64,000 bases of DNA from Candidatus Termititenax aidoneus (GTDB lineage: Bacteria; Margulisbacteria; Termititenacia; Termititenacales; Termititenacaceae), in the NCBI GenBank assembly GCA_003864455.1, contig BGZN01000003.1, positions 25,484 to 89,483 on the forward strand, given 5' to 3'. Of the stretch, positions 9,283 through 18,671 are shown piece by piece. Position 1 is the first letter of the stretch, and the number at the start of each line of letters is the position of its first letter. The notes beneath the pieces were generated by a model, which was not told the origin of the DNA, did no database searches, and saw only the letters and a list, made by a program, of their open reading frames with translations. The translations under genes were made by a program, and so were the position numbers.

Positions 9283-10785
9283 ATGCTGATCAAGCCCCGT
9301 CTGGCCGATCACAAAGTCGTGGGTTTTTATATCGGCTCTATCTTGACCGGTCTCGGCGGCGCTATGATTTTGCCGCTGCTGACCGCGCTGATTTTTCGGG
9401 AATGGTCTGCGCTGCTCGATTATCTTTTGAGCGGTTTGTTGACGAGCGGCTTGGGTCTGGCGCTGCGCCTGCTTTGTTTTACCAAAAAAGAAATTGACTG
9501 GCTGCACGGCTTGACTATCGCCGCGCTGTTTTGGCTGGCCGCGGCCGCGGCTGCCGCGCTGCCGTTTTTTCTCGGCGGCAATTACGCCTCGTATCTAGAT
9601 GCTTTTTTTGAAGCGATGAACGCGCTGGCCACGGCTGGTTTTAGTTTGGCGCGTGATCTAGACCATATCTCCGCGGCGGACAATATGTGGCGGCATTTGC
9701 TGATGTTTTTCGGCGGACAGGGCATCGTGGTGATGGCTTTGAGTTTTCTGACGCTGCGCGGCGCCGCCGGTTTTAAACTTTACGCCGGAGAAGCGCGCGA
9801 GGAACGCATCGTGCCAAATATCATCAGCACCGCGCGCCTGATCCTGCAAATCAGTTTGGTTTTTCTCGTGGCAGGCACAGCCGCGCTGACTTTGATTTTG
9901 CGCTGGGACGGCCTGTCCTGGACGCAGTCTTTTTGGCACGGGCTTTGGCTGTTTATGTCCGGCTTTAGCACCGGCGGTTTCGCGCCGCACTCGCAAAATA
10001 TTTTGTATTATCACAGTTGGCGGCTGGAAATAGCCTTGCTTTTCTTAATGTTTTTAGGTGTTTTGAATTTTCGTCTGCACTATGCTGTCTACACCGGCGA
10101 CCGCCGTGAGCTGTACCGCAATATCGAGACTGTGGTTTTGTTTTGTTCGTTTTTGCTGGCATTTTTTTTGGTCTGCGCCGGGTTGCTTTATTTCCGTGTT
10201 TACCCCGGTCTCGGAGCGGCGTTGCGCCAGGGAGTTTTTTTGCTGGGCTCTAGCCATTCGACCGCAGGTTTTATGACGGTCTATGCCGGGCAGTTTTTCC
10301 GTGAATGGCCGCAGCTTTCTCTACTGGCTTTGCTGGCGGCGATGGCGGTCGGCGGCAGCGCTTGCTCGACAGCCGGCGGTATCAAGGCCTTGCGCATCGG
10401 CATTCTTTTTAAAGCTCTGCGGCAGGATATCAAGCGTCTGCTGCTGCCGCCCGGCGCCGTGTCTGCCGAGCGCTACCATCATGTCAAAGATTATTTTCTC
10501 GATGACAAAGTGGTACGCGGCGCGGCGATTGTAACTTTGCTGTATCTGACGGTTTTTGGCCTCGGCGCGCTGGCCGGAGTTTGTTACGGCTATCCGTTTT
10601 TGCCGGCTTTGTTTGAGTCTATTTCGGCCGCGACGAATGCCGGCCTGTCCTGCGGTATTATCACGCCCGGTCTGCCTGTCGGCCTGAAATTGATTTACCT
10701 GCTGGAAATTTGGGGCGGCCGTTTGGAGTTTACCGCCGTGCTGGGTTTGCTGGCCTACGGCTGGGCTTGCCTGAAAGGAAAATAA
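9283..10785 (+). CDS. trkH: Trk-type K+ uptake membrane protein TrkH, 500 aa
   Basis: Polytopic membrane protein with repeated selectivity-filter-like motifs (STGGFAP, CSTAGG, NAGLS). Operonic with trkA. Confidence 0.8.
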   Translation: MLIKPRLADHKVVGFYIGSILTGLGGAMILPLLTALIFREWSALLDYLLSGLLTSGLGLALRLLCFTKKEIDWLHGLTIAALFWLAAAAAAALPFFLGGNYASYLDAFFEAMNALATAGFSLARDLDHISAADNMWRHLLMFFGGQGIVVMALSFLTLRGAAGFKLYAGEAREERIVPNIISTARLILQISLVFLVAGTAALTLILRWDGLSWTQSFWHGLWLFMSGFSTGGFAPHSQNILYYHSWRLEIALLFLMFLGVLNFRLHYAVYTGDRRELYRNIETVVLFCSFLLAFFLVCAGLLYFRVYPGLGAALRQGVFLLGSSHSTAGFMTVYAGQFFREWPQLSLLALLAAMAVGGSACSTAGGIKALRIGILFKALRQDIKRLLLPPGAVSAERYHHVKDYFLDDKVVRGAAIVTLLYLTVFGLGALAGVCYGYPFLPALFESISAATNAGLSCGIITPGLPVGLKLIYLLEIWGGRLEFTAVLGLLAYGWACLKGK

Positions 10786-10788
10786 TTT

Positions 10789-11265
10789 GTGAGAAAGATT
10801 ATATTTATTTTGCTGCTGACCGTTTTGTCCCTGGCCGCACAGGAGCGTTCGTCCGGTGAACTGCTCGCTTTGCCGCGCGAGTATGACAATATTCCTACAC
10901 TTTACCGCGGCGAAGTAATCGGCGATATTCTGGCGCGCGGTGAAAACGTCTGGTTCAATGTCAGCGACGGCGAAAACGCAATCGGTATTTTTGCGCCGCG
11001 GAGATTAGCCGCGGAAATTCAAACTACCGGAAAATATTTACAGCGCGGCGACACTGTGGAAATTTTAGGCAAATTTAGCCGCGCCTGCGCTGAGCACGGC
11101 GGCGAGCTGGATATTCACGCCGCGCAGATCAAAGTGCTGGCTAGAGGATACGCGCTGGCGCGGCCGGTCAGCAAATTTAAAATTATTTTATCCGTACTCC
11201 TGGCCGGCGTTGTTTTATTCTTGGGCAGACTGGATTGGCAAAGACAGGGCAGGTTTATGAAATAA
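10789..11265 (+). CDS. Hypothetical exported protein (signal peptide, C-terminal hydrophobic anchor), 158 aa
   Basis: GTG start after RBS aaaggaaaa. N-terminal signal-like MRKIIFILLLTVLSLAA. No recognised domain. Confidence 0.5.
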   Translation: MRKIIFILLLTVLSLAAQERSSGELLALPREYDNIPTLYRGEVIGDILARGENVWFNVSDGENAIGIFAPRRLAAEIQTTGKYLQRGDTVEILGKFSRACAEHGGELDIHAAQIKVLARGYALARPVSKFKIILSVLLAGVVLFLGRLDWQRQGRFMK

Positions 11266-11280
11266 TTCCGGCGTAAATTT

Positions 11281-11325
11281 AATTGTTTCATAATTTTGTT
11301 ATAATTGTATCATTATGAAACAATT
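11281..11325. repeat. Perfect 14-bp inverted repeat AATTGTTTCATAAT (17-nt spacer) ATTATGAAACAATT
   Basis: Read directly. Located 16 bp after the stop of the 10789..11265 gene, in the long intergenic region upstream of the lipoprotein gene. Confidence 0.6.
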
Positions 11326-11434
11326 TATGACAAGCCTTTTTAGCCTTTTGCCGTCCGGGTTATGGCTATTTATATACCCCCAAAACATGTTATAATTACA
11401 CCTATGGTGGATAAAGACAAAATTGTAACTATTA

Positions 11435-11444
11435 CCCCCCCCCC
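11435..11444. repeat. Homopolymeric C(10) tract about 165 bp upstream of the lipoprotein gene
   Basis: attaCCCCCCCCCCagttt read directly. The antisense G-run produces the spurious poly-Pro ORF 11432..11887. Confidence 0.7.
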
Positions 11445-11609
11445 AGTTTTTGGCGTACCTGCGCTAAAAATCCAGCATTTTCTGTATTTAAACATCTAAC
11501 AAATTTCTCCTGCGTAACGTAATTTTTGCGATGTCTCGTCGGTCTCGACGGTTCGACAGGCTCACCGTCCGAGGCTCGGTCAATACAAAACACACAAAGG
11601 AGAAAAGAT

Positions 11610-12908
11610 ATGAAAAAAATAATTTTAGCGATTTTCACAGTAATGCTGGCGCTGTCCATATTCGGCTGCGGCAAAACGCAGCAGGCGAGCGGTGGCGGTT
11701 CATCGAGCGGAGGAGGAGGTGGCGGTGGAAACACACCGCAGACTTTTTCGATCAGCGGTGAATCAGATTTGTTAAATGGATATGTTTCTGGATTTTCTGT
11801 TATGGCCGCTGATGATTTTTCGGTAACGCTCCATGACCTCTTGACCGGCGCGACGGTGAATGCCAACGTGAAAATAGAGGATGGCAAATATTCTGTTACC
11901 GGTCTGGATGCCGCTAAAGTTTACGAGGTGCGCCTAAGAAAAAATAGCGACGTGCAGAGTAATGTGGCCGCCAAGCCGCGCTTTTCCGATACGGCGACAG
12001 TTAATGTTAGTGAAAATACTACAACTTTTGCGAATAAGATTATAGAAAAGAAAGATGAGATAAAAGACGCGCTGACTGGCGCTAACGCGGCGGCGGGTAA
12101 GGTAAACGAATTGTTCGCTCTGGCCAAAGATAATGAAAGCAAACTCGTTGAATACGCAAGGCAGATAAAAAATTCTAAACAAGACAAGCTCACCGTGCTG
12201 GCCTGGGACACTAAAAACATTGACGGCAGCACAAGCGATTGGAACAAGAATTATACTGTCTTGTTTGACGCTGACCATCCCCTGTCTGACACCGACAACC
12301 GTCTCACATGGAGAGGTATAGGCAAGGCATATAAAGATTGTTTGGTAGTAAAGAACGTCAAAGTGGCTAGGGACAATGACAATCTTTATTTCTTGTGGGA
12401 GCAACAAGGAAATGGATTTTATACTGACGAGGAAAAAAAGGATAATAACAATATTTGGGATAATCGTGGAAAAAATACAGTAGAGTACATGATGGGAATT
12501 TACATTGCCGGCACGGGTTGGGATGCTGAGGACGAGACGCGTCCGCCATCGTATATGGAAACTCCTGTGCTCGCGGAAATGGGGATGAGTAATACAAAAA
12601 TACAAGACGAAGTCCGGTTTAGCGCTCAGATCTGGAGGAAAGAAGATCCGCACCACAACATCGTGATAAACGATAAAATGCAAGGCAAATTGAGCGGCGA
12701 TAAGAAATTTCTGGAAATAGCCGTGTCAATAAATGAAATCCAGGAACATTTGAGAGGCTATTTACTATCAGACTATGATGATGCTTATGTTATTGGCATC
12801 AAGGTTAAAGGTAATTATGAATGGGTTCCGGGGCCCAACGACGGCGAAGGTAGTATGATCGGGGGTAATTATAATTTTATAACCAATATGTTGTTAGTAA
12901 AGTTTTGA
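11610..12908 (+). CDS. Lipoprotein with a Gly/Ser-rich linker, 432 aa, function unknown
   Basis: RBS aaggagaaaag. Signal + lipobox MKKIILAIFTVMLALSIFGC followed by GGGSSSGGGGGGGN. The ORF-track N-terminal extension (11526) lacks an RBS. Confidence 0.65.
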   Translation: MKKIILAIFTVMLALSIFGCGKTQQASGGGSSSGGGGGGGNTPQTFSISGESDLLNGYVSGFSVMAADDFSVTLHDLLTGATVNANVKIEDGKYSVTGLDAAKVYEVRLRKNSDVQSNVAAKPRFSDTATVNVSENTTTFANKIIEKKDEIKDALTGANAAAGKVNELFALAKDNESKLVEYARQIKNSKQDKLTVLAWDTKNIDGSTSDWNKNYTVLFDADHPLSDTDNRLTWRGIGKAYKDCLVVKNVKVARDNDNLYFLWEQQGNGFYTDEEKKDNNNIWDNRGKNTVEYMMGIYIAGTGWDAEDETRPPSYMETPVLAEMGMSNTKIQDEVRFSAQIWRKEDPHHNIVINDKMQGKLSGDKKFLEIAVSINEIQEHLRGYLLSDYDDAYVIGIKVKGNYEWVPGPNDGEGSMIGGNYNFITNMLLVKF

Positions 12909-12945
12909 CGACAAAAGGGACAGGCACGCATCAGGATTAAGCAGG

Positions 12946-13254
12946 TTGATTGAAAACAATCTGGTCGGTACTAATGAACTGATCTTGACCGAATTATTGC
13001 CGGCTGTTTGGCATCAGAAAGAGCACAAATTGGCGGAATTGCTGAACGCTTTGCCAAAGTACCCTCTGCGCATTGATTGGGACGAGCTACGCTCCTGGCA
13101 AGCCCTCAATCTCAAAAAGGGTTTTAACAACATTGGCATTCCAGATTTATTGATCGCTCAAAATTGCTTGCAAAACCATTTGCAGATTTTCAGCCGCGAC
13201 AAACATTTTCGCTGGCTGGCCAAACATTTGCCGTTGGAGTTATACGCCGGTTGA
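12946..13254 (+). CDS. Possible PIN-domain (VapC-like) fragment, 102 aa, TTG start, no clear RBS; may be a gene remnant
   Basis: C-terminal GIPDLLIAQNCLQNHLQIFSRDKHF resembles the C-terminal acidic motif region of PIN domains. The N-terminal catalytic Asp region was not identified. Confidence 0.25.
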   Translation: MIENNLVGTNELILTELLPAVWHQKEHKLAELLNALPKYPLRIDWDELRSWQALNLKKGFNNIGIPDLLIAQNCLQNHLQIFSRDKHFRWLAKHLPLELYAG

Positions 13255-13296
13255 GGTTGTTCGCTCCCTTCGCCAGCGTATCCGCAGGATACAGGC

Positions 13297-14022
13297 TCAG
13301 GGAGCGCAGAGAGCAATGGGGAGCGGAGAGCGTGGCAGGGCTGAATAATTTTTCAACGCCACATTTAAAAACAAACCCTCTAAATAAATTTGCGCCTGCG
13401 AGATAAGCGTGCCGCTGGGTTTGTGGCGCAACTGCAGTCCGTTTTCCGGTGTCCGCTCCAGCACAAAGCCGCGGCTGCCGCCGTGAAAAATATTGTGTTG
13501 ATTTTTCTCAAAAAAGAGCGTTTGTCCCAGCAGTCCCCAATGAAAATTAACTTTGTAAATATTACTCATGGTCAGAGGGTCGCGCTCCGCCGGACTAAAA
13601 ACATGTGGCGGTAATTCCAGGTCGCGCGGCCGTTGCAGCCTGCCGTCCAGTTTGGTTGGAAAAGTTTCTATTACTTTGTACCGGACATTGGGGTCGATTT
13701 TTTGCGCCAGACGCAGCAGGCCAAAATTGGCGGTGTATTCTATGATTATCCCGTCCGCCGTACCCAGCAAATAGCGCAGTATAGCCTGCCCGAAACCGCG
13801 CCGCAGATATTTGTCCTCCAGCCGCCAGAGCGGAATAATGAGCAGGTGATTATCGCTTTTGCGCAGGAAGATTTCTCCGGCTTTGCCGCCCTGGTAAATT
13901 ATCCGGTATTCATTGCCGTTGAGATAAGCGCTGTATTTTTGAAATTCCAGCCGCAGGTCGGCGTTAATAACAACGCGGCCGGCGGGCTGGCGTTTAAAAA
14001 CGGACACAAGTTTGGTCTGCAT
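13297..14022 (-). CDS. GNAT-family acetyltransferase-like protein, 241 aa
   Basis: GNAT motif A-like RRGFGQAILRYLL. The rest is unrecognised. Confidence 0.45.
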   Translation of the reverse strand: MQTKLVSVFKRQPAGRVVINADLRLEFQKYSAYLNGNEYRIIYQGGKAGEIFLRKSDNHLLIIPLWRLEDKYLRRGFGQAILRYLLGTADGIIIEYTANFGLLRLAQKIDPNVRYKVIETFPTKLDGRLQRPRDLELPPHVFSPAERDPLTMSNIYKVNFHWGLLGQTLFFEKNQHNIFHGGSRGFVLERTPENGLQLRHKPSGTLISQAQIYLEGLFLNVALKNYSALPRSPLPIALCAP

Positions 14023-14044
14023 AGTTGTTTATTTATCGGCGCTC

Positions 14045-14238
14045 CGGCGAAATTATTGCAAAATTTTTGGCCTGTGTTATAATGCCCTACCTTTAGGCTC
14101 TGGCGAGTTTGAGGGAATAAACATCGTTCTGTTTCTGTCTTGCGGTTGCCCGTTCGGGGTGGAAAGACAGGTTTAAAAGCGGAGCGAGAAGTAAAAACCG
14201 CCGGAAAATTCTTTTTTTCGGCAAAAAAGGAGTTCAAT
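14045..14238 (+). promoter_or_regulatory. rpsB-tsf promoter (TTGCAA -35 / extended -10 TGTTATAAT) and structured leader
   Basis: ttgcaaaatttttggcctgtgttataat read directly. The leader contains the stem ctgtctt...aagacag typical of S2-autoregulated rpsB leaders. Confidence 0.4.
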
Positions 14239-15051
14239 ATGGCATTTGACGTAAGCATGCGGCATTTACTGGAGGCTGGTGTGCATTTCGGCCACCAGAC
14301 CAAACGCTGGGACCCGCGCATGAAGCCGTTCATTTATACGGCGCGTAACGACATTCACGTGATCGACCTCAAGCAGTCGCTGGAGAGGCTCGAAGCTGCG
14401 TACAATTTTGTCCGCGACCTGGTGTCCGACGGCGGCAAGGTTTTGTTTGTCGGCACGAAAAAACAAGCGCAGGACGCGGTGAAAGAAGAAGCTCTGCGCT
14501 GCAAGATGCCGTATGTTACCAACCGCTGGCTGGGCGGCGCGCTGACCAATCTGTCGACGATACGCAAATCCGTGCGCAAATACAAAAAACTGCTCGAACA
14601 AAAAGAAAAAGGCATTTTTGCCAAACTTCCGGCCAAAGAAGTTTCCAAATTGACCAAAGAAATGGCCAAACTGGATACTAATCTGGGCGGAATTTTGGAA
14701 ATGACCAAATTGCCGGAAGCGATTTTTGTGGTGGACACGGTGAAAGAAAATATCGCGGTGCACGAAGCACGGCGTCTGGGCATCAAGGTCGTGGCTATCG
14801 TCGACACCAACTCCAATCCGCAGCTGGTCGATGTGCCGATCCCGGGCAATGATGACGCGATACGCGCGGTCAAGCTGATCGCCCAGACTGTCGCCAACGC
14901 CTGCAACGAAGGCACGAAAACTTTCATCGAGAAAAACGGCGGCGTTTACGAGGAGAGCGCTTATATGTCACCGGACGACGCGTTGGAAGCCGCGGCCAGA
15001 CTGGAAAAAGAAGAAGAGATTTTAGAAACCGAAGCGATCGAAAAAGATTAA
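14239..15051 (+). CDS. rpsB: 30S ribosomal protein S2
   Basis: MAFDVSMRHLLEAGVHFGHQTKRWDPRMKPFIY... is the canonical S2 N-terminus. RBS aaaaggag. Confidence 0.95.
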   Translation: MAFDVSMRHLLEAGVHFGHQTKRWDPRMKPFIYTARNDIHVIDLKQSLERLEAAYNFVRDLVSDGGKVLFVGTKKQAQDAVKEEALRCKMPYVTNRWLGGALTNLSTIRKSVRKYKKLLEQKEKGIFAKLPAKEVSKLTKEMAKLDTNLGGILEMTKLPEAIFVVDTVKENIAVHEARRLGIKVVAIVDTNSNPQLVDVPIPGNDDAIRAVKLIAQTVANACNEGTKTFIEKNGGVYEESAYMSPDDALEAAARLEKEEEILETEAIEKD

Positions 15052-15061
15052 AGGAGAAAAA

Positions 15062-15916
15062 ATGACTGAAATATCCGCCGCTGTAGTAAAAGAATTGCGC
15101 GAGAAAACTTTTGCCGGCATGATGGACTGCAAAAAAGCTTTGCAGGAAAACAACGGTGATTTTGAAGCGGCCGTCAAGTGGCTGCGCGAAAAAGGACTGT
15201 CCACCGCTGCCAAGCGTTCAGACCGCGCGGCTTCGGAAGGCCTCATCGATGTGAAATTTAACGACGAGCGCAGCCTGGCCGCTTTGCTGGAGCTGAACAG
15301 TGAGACGGATTTTGTGGCGCGCAACGCTAAATTCCGTGCTCTGCTCAATCAACTGCTCGATCAAGTGCTGGCCAAACAGCCCAAAGATATCGCCGAGCTG
15401 GAAAGTCAGCCTTTTTTGGGCGACGAGTCGAAAAAAATCAATGAATTGATCACCGACGCTATTGCGGTGATCGGAGAAAACATCGTCGCGCGGCGTTTTG
15501 CTCTGTACAGCGTGCCGGCCGGCAATGTGCTGGAGAGTTACGTGCACAACGGGCGCATCGGCGTGCTGGTCGAACTGACCGGCGCGCAGGCGGACAGCGA
15601 GTTGGCCAAAAATATCGCCATGCATATCGCGGCGGCTAATCCGGCGCCGCAGTATTTGCAGCGCGCTGACGTGACCGCCGAGCATCTGGCCAGCGAACGC
15701 GAGATTTACAAAACGCAGATTTTGCAGGACGAGAAAAACGCCAAGAAGCCGGCCAATATTATTGAGAAAATAATTGACGGCAAGGTTAATAAATTTTATC
15801 AAGATGTTTGTCTGCTGGAGCAGGGCTATATCCGCGACCCGGACAAAACGATAAAAGATATTTTGCCAGAAGGCGTGTCGATAGTGCGCTTCACCCGTTT
15901 TGAGCTGGGCGCTTAG
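15062..15916 (+). CDS. tsf: Elongation factor Ts
   Basis: AAVVKELREKTFAGMMDCKKALQENNGDFEAAVKWLREKG is the conserved EF-Ts N-terminus. Immediately downstream of rpsB. Confidence 0.95.
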   Translation: MTEISAAVVKELREKTFAGMMDCKKALQENNGDFEAAVKWLREKGLSTAAKRSDRAASEGLIDVKFNDERSLAALLELNSETDFVARNAKFRALLNQLLDQVLAKQPKDIAELESQPFLGDESKKINELITDAIAVIGENIVARRFALYSVPAGNVLESYVHNGRIGVLVELTGAQADSELAKNIAMHIAAANPAPQYLQRADVTAEHLASEREIYKTQILQDEKNAKKPANIIEKIIDGKVNKFYQDVCLLEQGYIRDPDKTIKDILPEGVSIVRFTRFELGA

Positions 15917-15929
15917 TTTTTTCACACCT

Positions 15930-16004
15930 TCCCCGATCGTCTAATTGGTAGGACGACAGATTCTGGCTCTGTTAATCGAGGTTCGACTCCTTGTCGGGGA
16001 ACCA
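15930..16004 (+). tRNA. tRNA-Gln (anticodon CUG), 75 nt including the encoded CCA
   Basis: Hand-folded cloverleaf: acceptor TCCCCGA/TCGGGGA, D-stem GTCT/GGAC, anticodon stem ACAGA/TCTGT with loop TTCTGGC (anticodon CTG), T-stem CGAGG/CCTTG with loop TTCGACT, discriminator A, then CCA. Confidence 0.8.
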
Positions 16005-17555
16005 ATCCACCCTAGTATCCAACCCCGTTGAATTTAGTCTTTGACGATTCACGGAGTCAATCGGCCTTATCTTAATCCGTACTAAAGAGTCTTTGCTGTT
16101 TTCTTGAGGATAGAGCCGTATTTCGTCAATTATATAGCCTAGCAGTTTTTCTTTATCGATAAAACTTAATTCGTCATACATCTCGTAAAATATCCTAAGG
16201 GTGTCTCTTAGGTCATTATCGGTGGCTTTTTCCTGTTCTTTTAAGGCAATCAATTCATCGAAGTTCGAGCTTTCTAGGCCATATTTGGCAATTTCTTGCT
16301 CATACTTGCGGATAAGGTCGGCTAAATCGGGGTCATTTTTCGATAACTTTTGTAACTTATTTTCTACCCCTATTTTTTTGTTTAATATCCCTTGTTTCTG
16401 GTTGCGTAATTCTTGTATTTCTTTGTTCTGCTGCTTTCGTGCGTCAACTAAAACTTTTTCGAAGGCTAGATTATCCTTAAATAAATTCTTTAACTCCTCG
16501 GCTAGATGTTTTTCAATCAATTCGCTGTTAATTCTTATTCTTTTCTTTTTATTATCTTTAATATATGTATGCACATAATAATTGGTGTTGTTTTCCTTGT
16601 TATAGCCCATCTGCTTTTCAGAATCATTGTAAAACAACAAATCACTCAATATTCCCCTAGAAGCAGCAGACCTTCTTAATTCCGGTTTAGTATTGTCATT
16701 AAATATCTCTTGGCACAGGTTAAATACAGACTCGTTGATAATCTGACAAGACGGATTCCAATTAACAATTTTTCCGTCATGTCTGGCTTTACCAATGTAA
16801 TAGGGATTGTTTAGGACATTTTCCACATTATCCCTTTTGAAAGTTCTGTCTTTATTTTTTAAGTTTTGCTTATTCAAAAAATCAGCCACTTTTTTAGCAC
16901 TTTTTAACTCGATATATTTATCAAAAAGTAATTCAACAATAGGCCGTTCATCTTCATTGATTACAAGTTTTTTTCCGTTTTGGTCATATCCAAGGGGGAC
17001 TCGTCCGCCTCTAAATTGTCCTTCCTCAATCATGCGGTTCATACCGGTTTTAGTTCTTTCCGTGATAAGTTCACGCTCATATTCCGCAAAAGTTAAGATG
17101 ATATTCATCATCATTCGTCCTGCTGCTGTAGCAGTAGAAAAATCTTGTGTTATAGAAACAAGCGATATATCTTTGTACTTCAAATAATCGTTTATAAACT
17201 TGTAAAAATCACTAATGCTTCTGGTCAATCTATCAAGTTTATATATGACAATACAATTTATTTTACCTGCTTCAATATCTCTAACCAGTCGCTCATATTC
17301 GGGTCTATCTAAATTGCTCCCTGGCTTCCCTTTTTCGGCATATATTTCAGTCAGCACCCATCGTTGTTTATCGTCTGTGTCGTTGCGTAATGATATATGC
17401 TTTTTACACAGCTCGATCTGATTGTCCACAGAATCATGCTCTTTTAGTTGGCCGTATTTATCTTTGCCTTGTTTTTGGTCGCTAAATCTAGCATAAATTC
17501 CACAGCGTAATATTTTCTGTTCCTCGGTTTGAATAACAGCATTATTATTTTTCAT
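15972..17555 (-). CDS. Large serine recombinase (integrase) of the element; its last 11 codons are encoded by tRNA-Gln sequence
   Basis: N-terminal resolvase catalytic domain (YARFSDQKQ...; IYKLDRLTRS), recombinase domain and a coiled-coil-rich C-terminus; 527 aa. The stop lies at 15972-15974, inside the tRNA. Confidence 0.85.
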   Translation of the reverse strand: MKNNNAVIQTEEQKILRCGIYARFSDQKQGKDKYGQLKEHDSVDNQIELCKKHISLRNDTDDKQRWVLTEIYAEKGKPGSNLDRPEYERLVRDIEAGKINCIVIYKLDRLTRSISDFYKFINDYLKYKDISLVSITQDFSTATAAGRMMMNIILTFAEYERELITERTKTGMNRMIEEGQFRGGRVPLGYDQNGKKLVINEDERPIVELLFDKYIELKSAKKVADFLNKQNLKNKDRTFKRDNVENVLNNPYYIGKARHDGKIVNWNPSCQIINESVFNLCQEIFNDNTKPELRRSAASRGILSDLLFYNDSEKQMGYNKENNTNYYVHTYIKDNKKKRIRINSELIEKHLAEELKNLFKDNLAFEKVLVDARKQQNKEIQELRNQKQGILNKKIGVENKLQKLSKNDPDLADLIRKYEQEIAKYGLESSNFDELIALKEQEKATDNDLRDTLRIFYEMYDELSFIDKEKLLGYIIDEIRLYPQENSKDSLVRIKIRPIDSVNRQRLNSTGLDTRVDWFPDKESNLD

Positions 17556-17648
17556 AATTATAGATACGCTCCTTTATATAAAGATTATTATTTAATCAAA
17601 CTTGGGGCAGAGATGGGTAAAACCCTCTCTGCCAGTTTCACTAAATCT

Positions 17649-18347
17649 TTAGGCTTTCGCTACTAAAGATTCCTGCGGTTCTGCAACCGTTGAAGTTTGT
17701 TCAGCAGTTGCGGTCAAGGTGTTTTGTAAGTCTCTTAATTCTTTAAGAGCTTCCTCGACTTTGGCAATAGCTTCGCTTAATTGGTTTGGGTTTTTGATAT
17801 TCTTTACAACAATATCTTTTTCCCATCTGTTAAGCGAACGGCTGTTCCTGTTTTTGCAATATTTTTTATATATTGCTTCCAGACCTAGGCTGTCCACTTC
17901 AGCCTTTTTGTCGGGATTCTTAGATAGAAAATCACCCACCTTAGCATATTTCGAGACCAGTGCCTCGGACTTGCTTATTGCGGTGGAGACTTGGGCTTGA
18001 GTAATATCTTTATTATCAAGCACGGTCAAAACCGCTTTAGCAAATTCCGAGGGCATCAGATTCTTTCTCTGACAGTTCTCGGTAAGTTGGGTTAAGATGG
18101 TCTCCACACCATCTTTAGTTTCTGTAACAATCACAGGTACAGTTTCTAAATTGGCTAACTTAGCCGCCTCAAACCGCCTATGACCACAGATAACTTTATA
18201 GCCATCCCCCTCTTTTCTGGCACAGATGGGCTGCATAACCCCATAGGATTGGATGCTTGCTTTCAAGCTGTCCAATTTCCCCATGTCGGCACTCCGGATG
18301 TTCGTGCCGTTTGTTAATTGCTCCATAACCATATTGATCACTGCCAT
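17649..18347 (-). CDS. ParB-like nuclease domain protein
   Basis: ParB/Srx motif region MQPICARKEGDGYKVICGHRRFEAAKLANL. Confidence 0.65.
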   Translation of the reverse strand: MAVINMVMEQLTNGTNIRSADMGKLDSLKASIQSYGVMQPICARKEGDGYKVICGHRRFEAAKLANLETVPVIVTETKDGVETILTQLTENCQRKNLMPSEFAKAVLTVLDNKDITQAQVSTAISKSEALVSKYAKVGDFLSKNPDKKAEVDSLGLEAIYKKYCKNRNSRSLNRWEKDIVVKNIKNPNQLSEAIAKVEEALKELRDLQNTLTATAEQTSTVAEPQESLVAKA

Positions 18348-18671
18348 AATTCTTTACCTTTCTGTACAATCATGTACAATTTTATTTGCCAATTATCTGA
18401 CTTTATATCCAGAGTATATTTTTAAGAGATTGGGCTTATTACTCCACCTGCCTTTCAAGCATTTGTGCAGAAAAGTAATTTGCCGTACTAGACCTTGGCG
18501 AGCCTAGCTTAGTTAAATGTTTTCTTGCACAACAAATTTTGAAAGGGGCGTTTTACTTCCGGCTCAAGCTGTGGTTGGTTGTATGGCCGTTATCATTTAT
18601 TTCGCCCTGTTGTTAAACCACAGGTTTGGCAATACTATCAAACTCGCTATTTCTTGTCAACAGATATTTTT

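Noticed and set aside
11432-11887. 151-aa minus-strand ORF containing PPPPPPPLDEPPP
   Set aside because: It is antisense to the lipoprotein gene and the poly-C tract. The poly-Pro run is simply the reverse complement of the Gly-encoding GGN run and C10 tract. It has no RBS and overlaps a well-supported plus-strand gene.
15996-16014. Alternative reading of the boundary repeats as transposon-like TIR plus target-site duplication
   Set aside because: A 10-bp TSD with 9-bp TIRs would imply a DDE transposon, but the element carries no DDE transposase. It carries a large serine recombinase abutting the site, and the left repeat is the native tRNA 3' end. Site-specific att half-sites explain the geometry better.
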